DNA of 64,000 nt from Pseudomonadota bacterium (GTDB lineage Bacteria; Pseudomonadota; Alphaproteobacteria; Rhizobiales; Devosiaceae), in assembly GCA_023428425.1 (NCBI GenBank), contig JAEYYP010000017.1, positions 2,382 through 66,381 of the forward strand, written 5' to 3'. The notes under the pieces were generated by a model that was given only the letters and a program-made list of their open reading frames with translations, had not been told where the DNA came from and ran no database searches. Numbering within the stretch: position 1 is the stretch's first letter; each line of letters starts with the position of its first letter. Positions 9,306-18,612 of the stretch are shown piece after piece. The translations under genes and the position numbers were made by a program.

Positions 9306-10024
9306 GCGTAGGCCGCTCCCGCCCTGATCAGCGCCTCTTCCTGCTGCGGATCGGGCACTTCGACGACGTGATTGACGAACAGTCCGGGCGTGATCACCTG
9401 CTCGGGGTCGATCTCACCTGCCGCGACGATGCGGCGGGCCTGGACGATGGTGACGGCGGCCGCCGCGGCCATCAGTGGCGAGAAATTGCGCGCCGCCTTG
9501 CGGTAGGTGAGGTTGCCAAGTGGGTCCGCGAGTTCGGCCTTGATCAGGGCGAAATCGGCCTTGAGCCAGCGCTCCTGCACATAGTGGCGGCCGTCGAACT
9601 CGGCGACGGGCTTGCCCTTGGCGAGATCTGTGCCGTAGCTGGTCGGGGTGTAGAAGGCGGGGATGCCCGCTCCACCCGCCCTGATGCGCTCGGCGAGGGT
9701 TCCCTGCGGTACGAGTTCGAGGGCGATTTCGCCGGCAAGGTATTTTTCGGTGAAGGCACGGGGATCGGAAGAGCGCGGGAACGAACAGACCATCTTCGCC
9801 ACCATGCCGGCGTCGATCATCGCGGCGATGCCGATGCGGCCATTGCCGGCATTGTTGTTGATGACGGTGAGATTTCCGGGTGCGCCGGTCGCGACATAGC
9901 GGTCGATCAGAGCGTGGATCAGCTCGATCGGGGCGCCGGCGCCGCCGAAGCCGCCGATCATCAAGGTGCTGCCGGTCGTGATGCCGGCGACGGCGCTGGC
10001 GAGGTTCGGGAGGGTCTTGTCCAT
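9302..10024 (-). CDS. pcaI: 3-oxoadipate CoA-transferase subunit A
   Basis: IGGFG..G.P, NNAGNG, CSFPR, PQGTLAERIRAGGAGIPAFYT. Confidence 0.93.
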   Translation of the reverse strand: MDKTLPNLASAVAGITTGSTLMIGGFGGAGAPIELIHALIDRYVATGAPGNLTVINNNAGNGRIGIAAMIDAGMVAKMVCSFPRSSDPRAFTEKYLAGEIALELVPQGTLAERIRAGGAGIPAFYTPTSYGTDLAKGKPVAEFDGRHYVQERWLKADFALIKAELADPLGNLTYRKAARNFSPLMAAAAAVTIVQARRIVAAGEIDPEQVITPGLFVNHVVEVPDPQQEEALIRAGAAYA

Positions 10025-10033
10025 GCTCGCGCC

Positions 10034-10615
10034 TCACATGTCGAAGAACACGGTTTCGCCCTCGCCCTGAAGGCGAATGTCGAGGCTGTAGCTGGCCCGA
10101 CCATCGGCTTTGGAGTGAGCGGCGACAAGCGTCTGGCGACGGCGCGGGTCCATGATCCGCAAGAGGACATAGTCGCCGGCATTGGCCTCCGCCTCGTCGG
10201 CGAAATAAAGGCGCGTGTGGAGCCCGACATTGATGCCGCGGGCGACGATCCACAGCGTCAGGTGCGGCGCCATCGGCTTGCCGTCGGGACCAGCGACCCG
10301 CCCCGGCTTGACCGTCTCGAAGCGGAAGCTGCCGTCGGCCGCGCAGGCCGTCCGCCCCCAGCCGGAACGGTGCGCACCATCGGCATCCGCCTGCCAGAGT
10401 TCGACCACGGCGTCGCCGACGGGTGCCGCCGAGCCATCGAAGATGCGACCAGTGATGACGATCGGCGTGCCTGGGCCCGCCGCAACCGGACCCGAGCCTA
10501 GGTCGGGCACGTTGGGGCCGGTGATGCCTTCGAGGCTCGGCGTCATGCCGATATGGACGTATGGACCGGCAGTCTGCGACGGCGTTTCCTTGAGGGGCGG
10601 CAGCGGGTTGAGCAT
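10034..10615 (-). CDS. pcaG: Protocatechuate 3,4-dioxygenase alpha subunit
   Basis: ETPSQTAGPYVHIG, ELWQADA, ARGINVGLHTRLYF, LQGEGETVFFD. Confidence 0.96.
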   Translation of the reverse strand: MLNPLPPLKETPSQTAGPYVHIGMTPSLEGITGPNVPDLGSGPVAAGPGTPIVITGRIFDGSAAPVGDAVVELWQADADGAHRSGWGRTACAADGSFRFETVKPGRVAGPDGKPMAPHLTLWIVARGINVGLHTRLYFADEAEANAGDYVLLRIMDPRRRQTLVAAHSKADGRASYSLDIRLQGEGETVFFDM

Positions 10616-11361
10616 CAATTGCCCTCCAGCTTGTTCTCGAACAGGGTCGAACGACGGCCACGCAGCACGATGTCGAAGCGGTAGGCCAGTGCGTCCATCG
10701 GCGTCGTGTTGTGGCGGTCGAGCCTGGCGATCATCTGTTCGACGGCGTCCCGATCCGGCACCGACAGGGCGATCGGATCCTGCCAGATCATCGGATCGCC
10801 CTCGAAATACATCTGGGTGATCAGGCGCTGAGCGAAAGCGTGGCCGAAGACCGAGAAGTGGATATGTGCCGGTCGCCAGTCATTGCCGCCATTGGGCCAT
10901 GGATAGGCGCCGGGCTTGATGGTGCGGAAGTGGTAGTAGCCGTTGTCGTCGGTGATCGCCCGGCCGCAGCCGCCGAAATTTGGGTCAAGCGCGGCGAGAT
11001 AGCCCTCGCGCTTGTGGCGGTAGCGGCCGCCGGCATTGGCCTGCCAGAACTCGACCAGCGTGCCACGGACAGGCCGCGCGTTCTCGTCCAGCACCTGACC
11101 GTAGACGATCATCCGCTGGCCGATGGCCTCGCCGCCGTCCTGGCTGAAATTGCGGATCAGGTCGTTGTCGAGCGGCTGGATGATGCCGTGGCCGAAGGTC
11201 GGACCGGTCAGCTCGGACTTCGTCTGGCCCATCGACAGCAGCGCATGGCGCGGGGCGCGCAGGGTGGTGCTCTTGTAGCCCGGCGTATTGGCCGGCGGAT
11301 GCCAGGCACGGTCGCGCTGGTAGAGCTGCCCCTCGTCGCCATAGGGAGCGATGATCGTCAT
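10615..11361 (-). CDS. pcaH: Protocatechuate 3,4-dioxygenase beta subunit
   Basis: WQANAGGRYRH, PGAYPWPN, WRPAHIH, RLITQMYFEGDP (Tyr/His iron ligands). Start ATG at 11361. Confidence 0.96.
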   Translation of the reverse strand: MTIIAPYGDEGQLYQRDRAWHPPANTPGYKSTTLRAPRHALLSMGQTKSELTGPTFGHGIIQPLDNDLIRNFSQDGGEAIGQRMIVYGQVLDENARPVRGTLVEFWQANAGGRYRHKREGYLAALDPNFGGCGRAITDDNGYYHFRTIKPGAYPWPNGGNDWRPAHIHFSVFGHAFAQRLITQMYFEGDPMIWQDPIALSVPDRDAVEQMIARLDRHNTTPMDALAYRFDIVLRGRRSTLFENKLEGN

Positions 11362-11729
11362 GGCCGCGCCTCCAATTCCTTCTTGGCGATGCGGAAGGCG
11401 CGGTTGGCTGCCGGCACGCCGGCATAGACCGCGACATGCAGCAGCGCTTCCTTGATGTCCTCGGCACTGGCGCCGGTATTGGCGGTGGCCCGGATGTGCA
11501 TGGCCACCTCCTCGTCGTGCCCGAGCGCGGCGAGGAGCGCGATGGTGATGAGCGAGCGCTCGCGGCGCGTCAGACCAGGGCGGGCCCACACCGAGCCCCA
11601 GGCGCCTTCGGTGATGAAGGCCTGAAAGTCAGCGTCGAACGCCGTCTTCGCCGCCTCGGCGCGATCGACATGCGCGTCGCCCAGAACTGCCCGGCGGGTC
11701 GTCATGCCGGTTTCGAAACGATCAGGCAT
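11358..11729 (-). CDS. pcaC: 4-carboxymuconolactone decarboxylase
   Basis: GM.TRRAVLGDAHV, AWGSVWARPGL, HVAVYAGVPAAN. Confidence 0.95.
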   Translation of the reverse strand: MPDRFETGMTTRRAVLGDAHVDRAEAAKTAFDADFQAFITEGAWGSVWARPGLTRRERSLITIALLAALGHDEEVAMHIRATANTGASAEDIKEALLHVAVYAGVPAANRAFRIAKKELEARP

Positions 11730-12516
11730 GGCCGACCTCCTGCAGATAGTCGCGGATGAGCTGTGCGAGGCGTTCGGGCTGGTCGATCGAGGGCAGATGT
11801 CCGGCTCCAGCGATGGCCTCGAAACGGGCATCGGGAAGCCGTTCGGCAAATCCCCGCACGGCCTCGATTGGCGTCGATTGATCGTCCTCGCCGCAAAGGA
11901 CGAGGGTAGGCATGATGATTTCGGCTACCCTCGAGGTCAGATCGGCGGTGCTCAGCACTGCGCAGGTGGCGATATAGCCGTCGGCCGGCGAGCGCAGCAG
12001 CAGGTTGCGCCAGCCGGTTATCTCAGCCTCGCGCCCCTGCCGGAACTCCATCGGAAACCAGCGCAGGAGGACCATGTCGGCGATGGCTTCGATGCCACCG
12101 GCCGCGACGCGCGCCACCCGATCGGACCACGATGCGGCGTTGCCGAATTTCGGCAGCGTATCGCAGAGGATCAGGCCAGCCAGACGGTCTGCGTGGTCAA
12201 GGGCGAGTTGCTGCCCCACCAAACCGCCGATCGAGACGCCGGCCAGTGCGAACCGCCCGAGGTCCAGCAGGTCGACGAGTTCGAGCAGGTCGGCGGTGAG
12301 CTGATCGATGCTGTAAGGCCCCGCAGGTACACTCGACAACCCGTGCCCCCGCATGTCGTAGGAGATCAGCCGGTAGTCGGGGGCCAGTAGCTCGATCACC
12401 CCGTCCCAGATGCGGGCGTCAGTGCCGAGCGAATTGCAGAACACCAGCGCCGGAGCCGACCGATTGCCCGCCTCGCGATAGTGCATCGTACCGAAGCTGG
12501 CTGCCGCGAAAGCCAT
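11722..12516 (-). CDS. pcaD: 3-oxoadipate enol-lactonase
   Basis: NSLGTD, YDMRGHGLS, GVSIGG nucleophile elbow, C-terminal GH; operon context. Confidence 0.93.
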   Translation of the reverse strand: MAFAAASFGTMHYREAGNRSAPALVFCNSLGTDARIWDGVIELLAPDYRLISYDMRGHGLSSVPAGPYSIDQLTADLLELVDLLDLGRFALAGVSIGGLVGQQLALDHADRLAGLILCDTLPKFGNAASWSDRVARVAAGGIEAIADMVLLRWFPMEFRQGREAEITGWRNLLLRSPADGYIATCAVLSTADLTSRVAEIIMPTLVLCGEDDQSTPIEAVRGFAERLPDARFEAIAGAGHLPSIDQPERLAQLIRDYLQEVGHA

Positions 12517-12517
12517 C

Positions 12518-12949
12518 TCAGGCCGCCAGCCGCGCCAGCAGCGCCCGCACGGCGATCGGATATCCGGCGGCGCCGAAGCCGGCCATGACCGAGGTCGCGA
12601 TCATCGATACGTAGGATCGATGGTAGATCGGCTCGCGGCGGTGAATGTTCGAGATGTGGAGCTCGATGATCGGCCCCGGGAACATCTTCAGTGCGTCGAG
12701 CAGCGCCAGCGAAGTGAAAGTGAATGCGGCCGGGTTGATGACGATGCCCGATCCCTCGTCGATCGCCTCGTGGACCAGGTCGATCAGCCGCTCCTCGCTG
12801 TTGGTCTGGTGGAAGCGCAGCGGATGATCGCCGGCAGCCTCGCGGCACATCGCCTCGACTTCAGCCAACGTGGTACTGCCATAGATCTCGGGCTCGCGCT
12901 TCCCGAGACGGTTCAGGTTGGGGCCGTTGAGGACGTAGATTGGCTTCAT
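12518..12949 (-). CDS. aroQ: Type II 3-dehydroquinate dehydratase
   Basis: LNGPNLNRLGKREPEIYG, INPAAFT.TS, ELHISNIHRRE. True start at 12949 inside a longer ORF. Confidence 0.95.
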   Translation of the reverse strand: MKPIYVLNGPNLNRLGKREPEIYGSTTLAEVEAMCREAAGDHPLRFHQTNSEERLIDLVHEAIDEGSGIVINPAAFTFTSLALLDALKMFPGPIIELHISNIHRREPIYHRSYVSMIATSVMAGFGAAGYPIAVRALLARLAA

Positions 12950-14256
12950 GGTGCAGCACCGGCGGGGACGTAGCCGAACATCTTGGGCAACCACAGAACC
13001 GTTTCGGGCACGAAGGTGAAGAGGACGAGCGCTAGCAGCAGCGCCACGAGGAACGGGGCGACGTCGGTGACGAGGGCCCGCATCGAGATCGTGGCGATCC
13101 GCGTCATGATGAACAGCAGCAACCCGTAGGGCGGCGTGATCAGCCCCAGCATGATATTGATCACCACCACGACGCCGAAATGCACCATGTCGATACCGAG
13201 CGCCTGCGCGGTGGGAATCAGCACCGGAACGATCACCAGCAGGATGGTCGTCCCTTCGAGCACGCAGCCGAGCAGCAGCAGCAGGATGTTCACCGCCAGG
13301 AGGAACATCACCGGGTCGAGGTCCCAGGCCAGCAGCATGGCGCTGATCGAGCGCGGGATGTTCTCGATGGTGACGACGTAGTTGAACACCAGCGCGCCGG
13401 CGATGAGCATGCCGATCGACGCCGTAGTCTTGGCGCTCGACAGCACCGACCGGTAGAGTTCCCGCGGCTTCAGGCTGCGGTAGATGACGAGCGACACCAC
13501 CAGCGCATAAAGGGCTGCGACGGCTGCGGCCTCTGTCGGCGTCGTCACGCCGCCGTAGATGCCGTACATCAGCACGGCCGGCATGAGCAGGACCGGAAGC
13601 GCATTCCAGGTGATCCGCGGCAACTGGCGGACCGGCACGGGTTCCTCTACCGGAAAGTTCCTCACCCGGGCGGCGATCGACACCTGCACCATCATGACGC
13701 CTGCCATCAGCAGGCCGGGTATTATGCCGCCGAGAAAAAGATAGCCGATCGAGGTATCGGCAACCAGCGCGTAGAGCACCATCGGTATCGAGGGTGGGAT
13801 GATCGGTCCGATCACCGCTGTGGCGGCAGTCAGGGCCGCGGCGTAGCTCGCCGGATACTTGCCGTCCTTGGTCATCATGTACTGCATCATCTTGCCCGAG
13901 CCGGCCGCGTCGGCGATGGCCGATCCACTCATGCCGGCAAAGACGATCGATTGCAGGATGTTGACCTGGGCGAGACCGCCGCGGAAACGGCCCACGACGG
14001 CATTGCACCACGTGAGCAGGCGCTCGGACAGCGTGCCGGAATTCATGATCTCGGCGGCGAGAATGAACAGCGGCACCGCGAGCATGATGTAGTTGCTGTA
14101 CATGCCGTTGAGCAGCTGCTCGGCGACGATACCCATGTCCTGCCCGCGCAGCAGCAGGTAGAGGATCGAGCCGGTGATCATCGACAGGCCCATGGGTATA
14201 CCCATGAAGGCGAGGACCGTGATCAGGATGAGGGCGAGCGAAAAGGCGATCGACAT
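12946..14256 (-). CDS. dctM: TRAP transporter large permease
   Basis: LAVPLFILA, FAGMSGSAIAD, IIPPSIP, GLITPPYG. Confidence 0.93.
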   Translation of the reverse strand: MSIAFSLALILITVLAFMGIPMGLSMITGSILYLLLRGQDMGIVAEQLLNGMYSNYIMLAVPLFILAAEIMNSGTLSERLLTWCNAVVGRFRGGLAQVNILQSIVFAGMSGSAIADAAGSGKMMQYMMTKDGKYPASYAAALTAATAVIGPIIPPSIPMVLYALVADTSIGYLFLGGIIPGLLMAGVMMVQVSIAARVRNFPVEEPVPVRQLPRITWNALPVLLMPAVLMYGIYGGVTTPTEAAAVAALYALVVSLVIYRSLKPRELYRSVLSSAKTTASIGMLIAGALVFNYVVTIENIPRSISAMLLAWDLDPVMFLLAVNILLLLLGCVLEGTTILLVIVPVLIPTAQALGIDMVHFGVVVVINIMLGLITPPYGLLLFIMTRIATISMRALVTDVAPFLVALLLALVLFTFVPETVLWLPKMFGYVPAGAAP

Positions 14257-14261
14257 GGGCG

Positions 14262-14777
14262 CTACATCCCCGACTTGATCTTGGAGATGTCGATATCCGG
14301 CCCGTTGCTACCCCAGATCGCCTGATAGCCGAGCCAAAGCTGGCGCACGATGGTCGCCACGGCGAAGAGGCCATAGATGACATAGAGCCAGTCGAAGCGG
14401 ATCTTGAGGTAGGCCGTGCGCTCCACCTTCATGAAGCCGATATAGTCGAGCACCGCCGGCAGCGAGACCGCAAAGAAGAACACCACGACTACCGCGCAGA
14501 TGACGACGAGGATGCGCCGGGTGCGCTCGCTGACCGTCGAATAGATCAGGTCGAAGCGGATTTCCTCGTAGTCGCGGACGACGAAGGCGCTGCCGAAGAG
14601 CACCAGCCACAGCCACATGATCGAGCTCACTTCATGGGTCCAGCCGATGGGCAGGTTCACCAGGTAGCGGAAGACGATCTGGATGATGAAGACGACGAAC
14701 ATCGTCGCCAGCATCGCGGCCAGGAGGTTCTCGGCGCGCGCATGAAGCCAGGCACCTGCATGCTTCAAATTGGGCAT
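14262..14777 (-). CDS. dctQ: TRAP transporter small permease
   Basis: Four TM segments, QIVFRY...WTHE; lies between dctP and dctM. Confidence 0.9.
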   Translation of the reverse strand: MPNLKHAGAWLHARAENLLAAMLATMFVVFIIQIVFRYLVNLPIGWTHEVSSIMWLWLVLFGSAFVVRDYEEIRFDLIYSTVSERTRRILVVICAVVVVFFFAVSLPAVLDYIGFMKVERTAYLKIRFDWLYVIYGLFAVATIVRQLWLGYQAIWGSNGPDIDISKIKSGM

Positions 14778-14803
14778 TGTTGTCGATCCGGCCGCAAGAA
14801 ACA

Positions 14804-14829
14804 GCCGGCATCACCGAAGTGACGCCGGC
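14804..14829 (-). other. Intercistronic stem-loop after the binding-protein gene
   Basis: GCCGGCATCAC-CGAA-GTGACGCCGGC; typical mRNA-stabilising position. Confidence 0.55.
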
Positions 14830-14843
14830 CGCAGGAGGAGAGC

Positions 14844-15830
14844 TTACAGAGCGTTGATCCTGTCGATCACGCCGGCCGGCCAGTCCTTTGCCAGGTCGCT
14901 GTCGAGATACTGCTGCTGCACGTGTGCGCGGAACGCTGCCAGGTCGGGCTCGTAGATCTTGAGGCCGCCATCCTCGAACTTCTTGCGCAGGTCGGCCTCG
15001 CGGGCGATGTGAGCGGACTGGCTGAAGTCGATCGCTGCCGTGGCCGCCGCCTGCAGGGCCTCCTGATCGGCCGGCGAGAGTTTGTCCCAGGCCGACTTCG
15101 AGATGACGAGCAGGTCGTAGCCGACGAGGTGCGAGGTCAGCACGATCTGCTTCATCACCTCGTAGAACTTCATGTTCTCGACGTTGGGCAGTGGGTTGTC
15201 CTGGCCGTCGATCGCGCCGGTCTGGAGGCCGGTATAGACCTCGGCATAGGCCATCGGCGTCGGATTTGCGCCGAGCGCCGTGCCGAGGAACTGCCAGGCG
15301 TCGCCACCCGGCATGCGCAGCTTGATGCCGCTCATGTCCGCTGGCGTCTTGATTTCCTTCTCGACCCGCAGGCCAACCTGGCGAATGCCGAAATAGGTCG
15401 GTCCGAGAATGTGGATACCGTGCTGGTCTTCGGCCATCTTCTTGAACTCGGCACCGACTTCGCTGTCGAAGAACTTGCGCAGGTGGTCGGCGTCACGGAA
15501 CAGGTAGCCAGAGGTCAGCACGGACCAGGCCGGAATCTGGTTGGACACGTCCTGGGGCGCGATATTGCCCATCTCGAGATTGTTGCGCTGCAGGGCCACC
15601 AATTCGGTGCCCTGCTTGAACAGGTTACCGCCGTAGTAGGGTTCGAGCGTCGCGAAGCCGGAGACGGCCTCGCCGAACTGCTTCATCATGTCGGCGCGGA
15701 TGTCCTGCTCCGAAAACACGGCCGAGAAACGCAGCACCGGCTTGTCCTGCGCCAAGGTTGGCATGGCGGTCGCGGCCAGAAGTGCGACAGCGCCGAACAT
15801 GGCGGCGCGCCGCCGAATGCGGAAACTCAT
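14844..15830 (-). CDS. dctP: TRAP transporter substrate-binding protein (probably quinate/shikimate)
   Basis: Signal peptide; KLRMP, LGANPTPM...EVYTGLQTGAIDGQDNP; GGAGG RBS before ATG 15830. Confidence 0.93.
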   Translation of the reverse strand: MSFRIRRRAAMFGAVALLAATAMPTLAQDKPVLRFSAVFSEQDIRADMMKQFGEAVSGFATLEPYYGGNLFKQGTELVALQRNNLEMGNIAPQDVSNQIPAWSVLTSGYLFRDADHLRKFFDSEVGAEFKKMAEDQHGIHILGPTYFGIRQVGLRVEKEIKTPADMSGIKLRMPGGDAWQFLGTALGANPTPMAYAEVYTGLQTGAIDGQDNPLPNVENMKFYEVMKQIVLTSHLVGYDLLVISKSAWDKLSPADQEALQAAATAAIDFSQSAHIAREADLRKKFEDGGLKIYEPDLAAFRAHVQQQYLDSDLAKDWPAGVIDRINAL

Positions 15831-15924
15831 TTGAAATCCTCCCGTCTTGGGCCCTTGGCCCGAAAGCCCGCAAGCGGGCGCTCCCTCTGCCTGCCGTCTC
15901 CTATCCGGCAGGTCGATGTCACTT

Positions 15925-15944
15925 TGTACGAAATGGTTCGTACA
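15925..15944. promoter_or_regulatory. Palindromic operator TGTACGAA-N4-TTCGTACA (copy 1)
   Basis: Perfect 8-bp arms directly after a minus-strand TTGACA (15945-15950) upstream of dctP. Confidence 0.8.
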
Positions 15945-16055
15945 TGTCAATCGACCGCAACTGTCGCCGCCCGTTGACTGCGCCAGTCATGTGGACACAG
16001 AGCCTTCCATATGTCAATGTTTGGAATATCGGATGATTTTCAGTTTGTACGATAC

Positions 16056-16724
16056 ATGATCGATCAGCAGGAAGACACCATCGGCGAGACCACGTTTCGT
16101 ACGATCAGAAGCGAGATCATCCACGGCGTATTGCTGCCCGGCGACCGCCTGACGCTGGACAAGCTCAGGCAGCGCTACGCCGTGAGCGTGGGCACGTTGC
16201 GGGAAGTCCTCACCCGGCTGGCAAGCGAGTCCTTCGTCGTCGCGGAAGGACAACGGGGCTTCGAGGTGGCTCCCGCCACCCTGGCAGAGCTTCGTGAACT
16301 CGGCGAACTACGCCTGCTGCTCGAAAGCCACGCCCTAGGATTGTCCCTGCAACGTGGAGACCTCGAATGGGAAGGCCGGGTGGTCGCCGCGCACCACAAG
16401 CTGGCCGCAATCGAGAAGCGCCTGCTGGCGGGCGAGAGCTACCGCACGCCCGAATGGATCCAGTACGATCGCAGCTTCCACGAAGCGCTGATCTCGGCCT
16501 GCGGCTCGCGCTCGCTGATGGGGCTCCACACCACCGTGTTCGACCGCTTCCTGCGCTACCACATGCTGGCCGGCAGCTTCCGCGGGCAACCGGTGGCTGA
16601 TGACCATCTGGCCCTGCTTCGCGCCGCGTTGTCGCGGGATGGAGCCGGTGCGATCGGCCTGCTGGAAGCCCATGTGAATCGCGGCATCGAGCACATCACC
16701 GGCACGGGGGCGATCCGTCGGTAG
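16056..16724 (+). CDS. GntR family (FCD domain) transcriptional regulator
   Basis: IRSEIIHG.LLPGDRL...VS..TLREVL.RL..E..V....RGFEV wHTH, followed by FH.ALISACG. Confidence 0.9.
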   Translation: MIDQQEDTIGETTFRTIRSEIIHGVLLPGDRLTLDKLRQRYAVSVGTLREVLTRLASESFVVAEGQRGFEVAPATLAELRELGELRLLLESHALGLSLQRGDLEWEGRVVAAHHKLAAIEKRLLAGESYRTPEWIQYDRSFHEALISACGSRSLMGLHTTVFDRFLRYHMLAGSFRGQPVADDHLALLRAALSRDGAGAIGLLEAHVNRGIEHITGTGAIRR

Positions 16725-16727
16725 CGA

Positions 16728-17642
16728 TCAGGCCGCAGCCCGGAAGTGGTCTGTCATCGAGGCGCGATCCGGCACGATGCCAGTGAACAGTTCGAAAGCC
16801 TTCACTGCCTGGTAAACCGCCATGCCGCTCCCCGGCAGTGTACGACACCCCAAAGCCCTGGCCCGGCGGAGCAACGCCGTCTCCGGCGGGAAGTAGATGA
16901 CGTCCGCCACCCACAGGCCGTTACGCAGCAGTGTTTCGTCGAAGGGCAAGCCGGGGAACTTGTCCATCCCGACCGGCGTGGTGTTGACCACGCCACTTGC
17001 CGAACGCAGCGCCTCGGACGGGTGCACGGTGGCCTCCACCTCCACGGAAAATCGCCGTGACAGCCGGTCGGCGAGGCTGCTTCCCCGTGCGGGGTCGGTC
17101 TCGCACAGTGTCAGCCGCTTCGCCCCCAGCGACAGCAGGGCGTGGCCGACCGCCGCGCCCGCCCCGCCGGCCCCGAACTGGACAACGCGATCGAGATCCA
17201 CACCCGACAGGCTCTCGCGAAAGCTCTCGGCGAAGCCCCAGCCGTCGGTGTTGTGCCCCACCCTTCGTTCTCGGTCGAAGACCACAGTGTTGACCGCGCC
17301 GATACCCGCCGCCTCGGGCGAGAGGTCGTGCAGCTGGGAAATCACCGCCTGCTTGTAGGGATAAGTCACGTTGAGCCCGGCGAACCCCGACGCCTCCGCG
17401 AGATCGAGTACGGCCGGCAGATCATCGTCAGCAAGGCCGAGCGTGTCGAAGTCGATCAGCATGTAGGTGTAGTCGAGCCCGATGCGCGTGCCCTCGAGTT
17501 CATGCATCCGCGGGGTGCGAGAGGCCTGGATGCCGCGGCCGACCAGTCCGACCAGCAGCCGCCGTCCGCCTCGCGACCGGCGCGTCGCCACCATCCCGGC
17601 GATATGCTGCCGGGCCGCCTCTATCCTGCTAGTGGTCAACAT
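16728..17642 (-). CDS. aroE: Shikimate/quinate dehydrogenase
   Basis: SRTPRMH, GLNVTYPYK, GAVNT, GHNTD, GAGGAG, NTTPVGM, GM...QA. Confidence 0.9.
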   Translation of the reverse strand: MLTTSRIEAARQHIAGMVATRRSRGGRRLLVGLVGRGIQASRTPRMHELEGTRIGLDYTYMLIDFDTLGLADDDLPAVLDLAEASGFAGLNVTYPYKQAVISQLHDLSPEAAGIGAVNTVVFDRERRVGHNTDGWGFAESFRESLSGVDLDRVVQFGAGGAGAAVGHALLSLGAKRLTLCETDPARGSSLADRLSRRFSVEVEATVHPSEALRSASGVVNTTPVGMDKFPGLPFDETLLRNGLWVADVIYFPPETALLRRARALGCRTLPGSGMAVYQAVKAFELFTGIVPDRASMTDHFRAAA

Positions 17643-17742
17643 GCTCTACAAGCCGTCCCCAACGCGCTCTGAACAACCGGGCGCGTCTCTTGTCATCGGA
17701 CGCGGTCCGCCGATAAATGCTCGCATCAGCCGTAACCATGAA

Positions 17743-17762
17743 TGTACGAACTGGTTAGTTTA
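17743..17762. promoter_or_regulatory. Operator copy 2 (TGTACGAACTGGTTAGTTTA)
   Basis: Between the divergent aroE and tetR genes, adjoining a minus-strand TTGACT. Confidence 0.7.
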
Positions 17763-17801
17763 GTCAATCTCTCCGTCTGGAGGGTGGGGAGCGCGAGACA
17801 G

Positions 17802-18488
17802 ATGGAGTTGAAGCCGGCACGGAACGGCCCCCAGACAGACAAGACGCAGTCGCGTACCCAGGATCCCGAGGGGACACGGCAGAACATCATCGAAGTCGCC
17901 TCCGAGGAGTTCGCGCTCAACGGCCTGTCCGGCGCCCGTATCGACGAGATCGCGGCCCGCACGCGCGCGTCGAAGCGGATGATCTACTACTATTTCGGCG
18001 ACAAGGAGGGGCTGTACCTCGCCGTCCTCGAAAACGCCTACCGGACGGTGCGCGAAGGCGAAGCCCAGCTCGACATTGGCGGATTGTCGCCCATCGAGGC
18101 GTTGCGCCGCCTGGTCGAATTCACCTTCGACCACCACCATCGGCACGAAGACTTCATCCGCATGGTGATGATCGAGAACATCCACCATGCCGACTACCTC
18201 GAGAAATCCAAGGTCATCCGGCAGTTGAACGTCACCGCCATCGGGACGATCGAGGCACTCTACGAGCGGGGTGTTACCGAGGGTCTGTTCCGTCCCGGGC
18301 TCGACCCCCTGGAACTCCACTGGCAGGTCAGCGCGCTCTGCTTCTTCAACGTCTCCAACCGTGCCACGTTCTCAAAACTGTTCGGTCGCGATCTGAGCAC
18401 GGAATCGGCCCAGGCTTCGCTGAAGCGGAACGCTGTCGACATGGTGCTGCGCCATGTGGTGAAGCCTGAACGTCTCGACAACATCTAG
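17802..18488 (+). CDS. TetR/AcrR family transcriptional regulator
   Basis: I.EVASEEFA..G..GARIDEIAART..SKRMIYYYFGDKEGLY HTH. Confidence 0.93.
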   Translation: MELKPARNGPQTDKTQSRTQDPEGTRQNIIEVASEEFALNGLSGARIDEIAARTRASKRMIYYYFGDKEGLYLAVLENAYRTVREGEAQLDIGGLSPIEALRRLVEFTFDHHHRHEDFIRMVMIENIHHADYLEKSKVIRQLNVTAIGTIEALYERGVTEGLFRPGLDPLELHWQVSALCFFNVSNRATFSKLFGRDLSTESAQASLKRNAVDMVLRHVVKPERLDNI

Positions 18489-18550
18489 TCGTCCGGCGCA
18501 GTTGGCGCCGTGGCTCGATCGCCACACACCATCCCTCAAGACCAGTGCCC

Positions 18551-18602
18551 TTGACCAAGCCATTGCCGCTGACTATCAATAATGTACGAACTAGTTCGTT
18601 TA
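18551..18602 (+). promoter_or_regulatory. Sigma70-like promoter (TTGACC-N17-TATCAA) plus operator copy 3 (TGTACGAACTAGTTCGTTTA, 18583-18602)
   Basis: Read directly upstream of the quiC-like gene. Confidence 0.7.
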
Positions 18603-18612
18603 TAGGTGCGGC

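Noticed and set aside
12950..14383. Apparent 621-aa AroQ fusion; likewise the extended ORFs 23144-25708, 57982-60009 and 60015-61814
   Set aside because: Upstream parts are off-frame overlaps of neighbouring genes; coupled or adjacent starts explain the real proteins.
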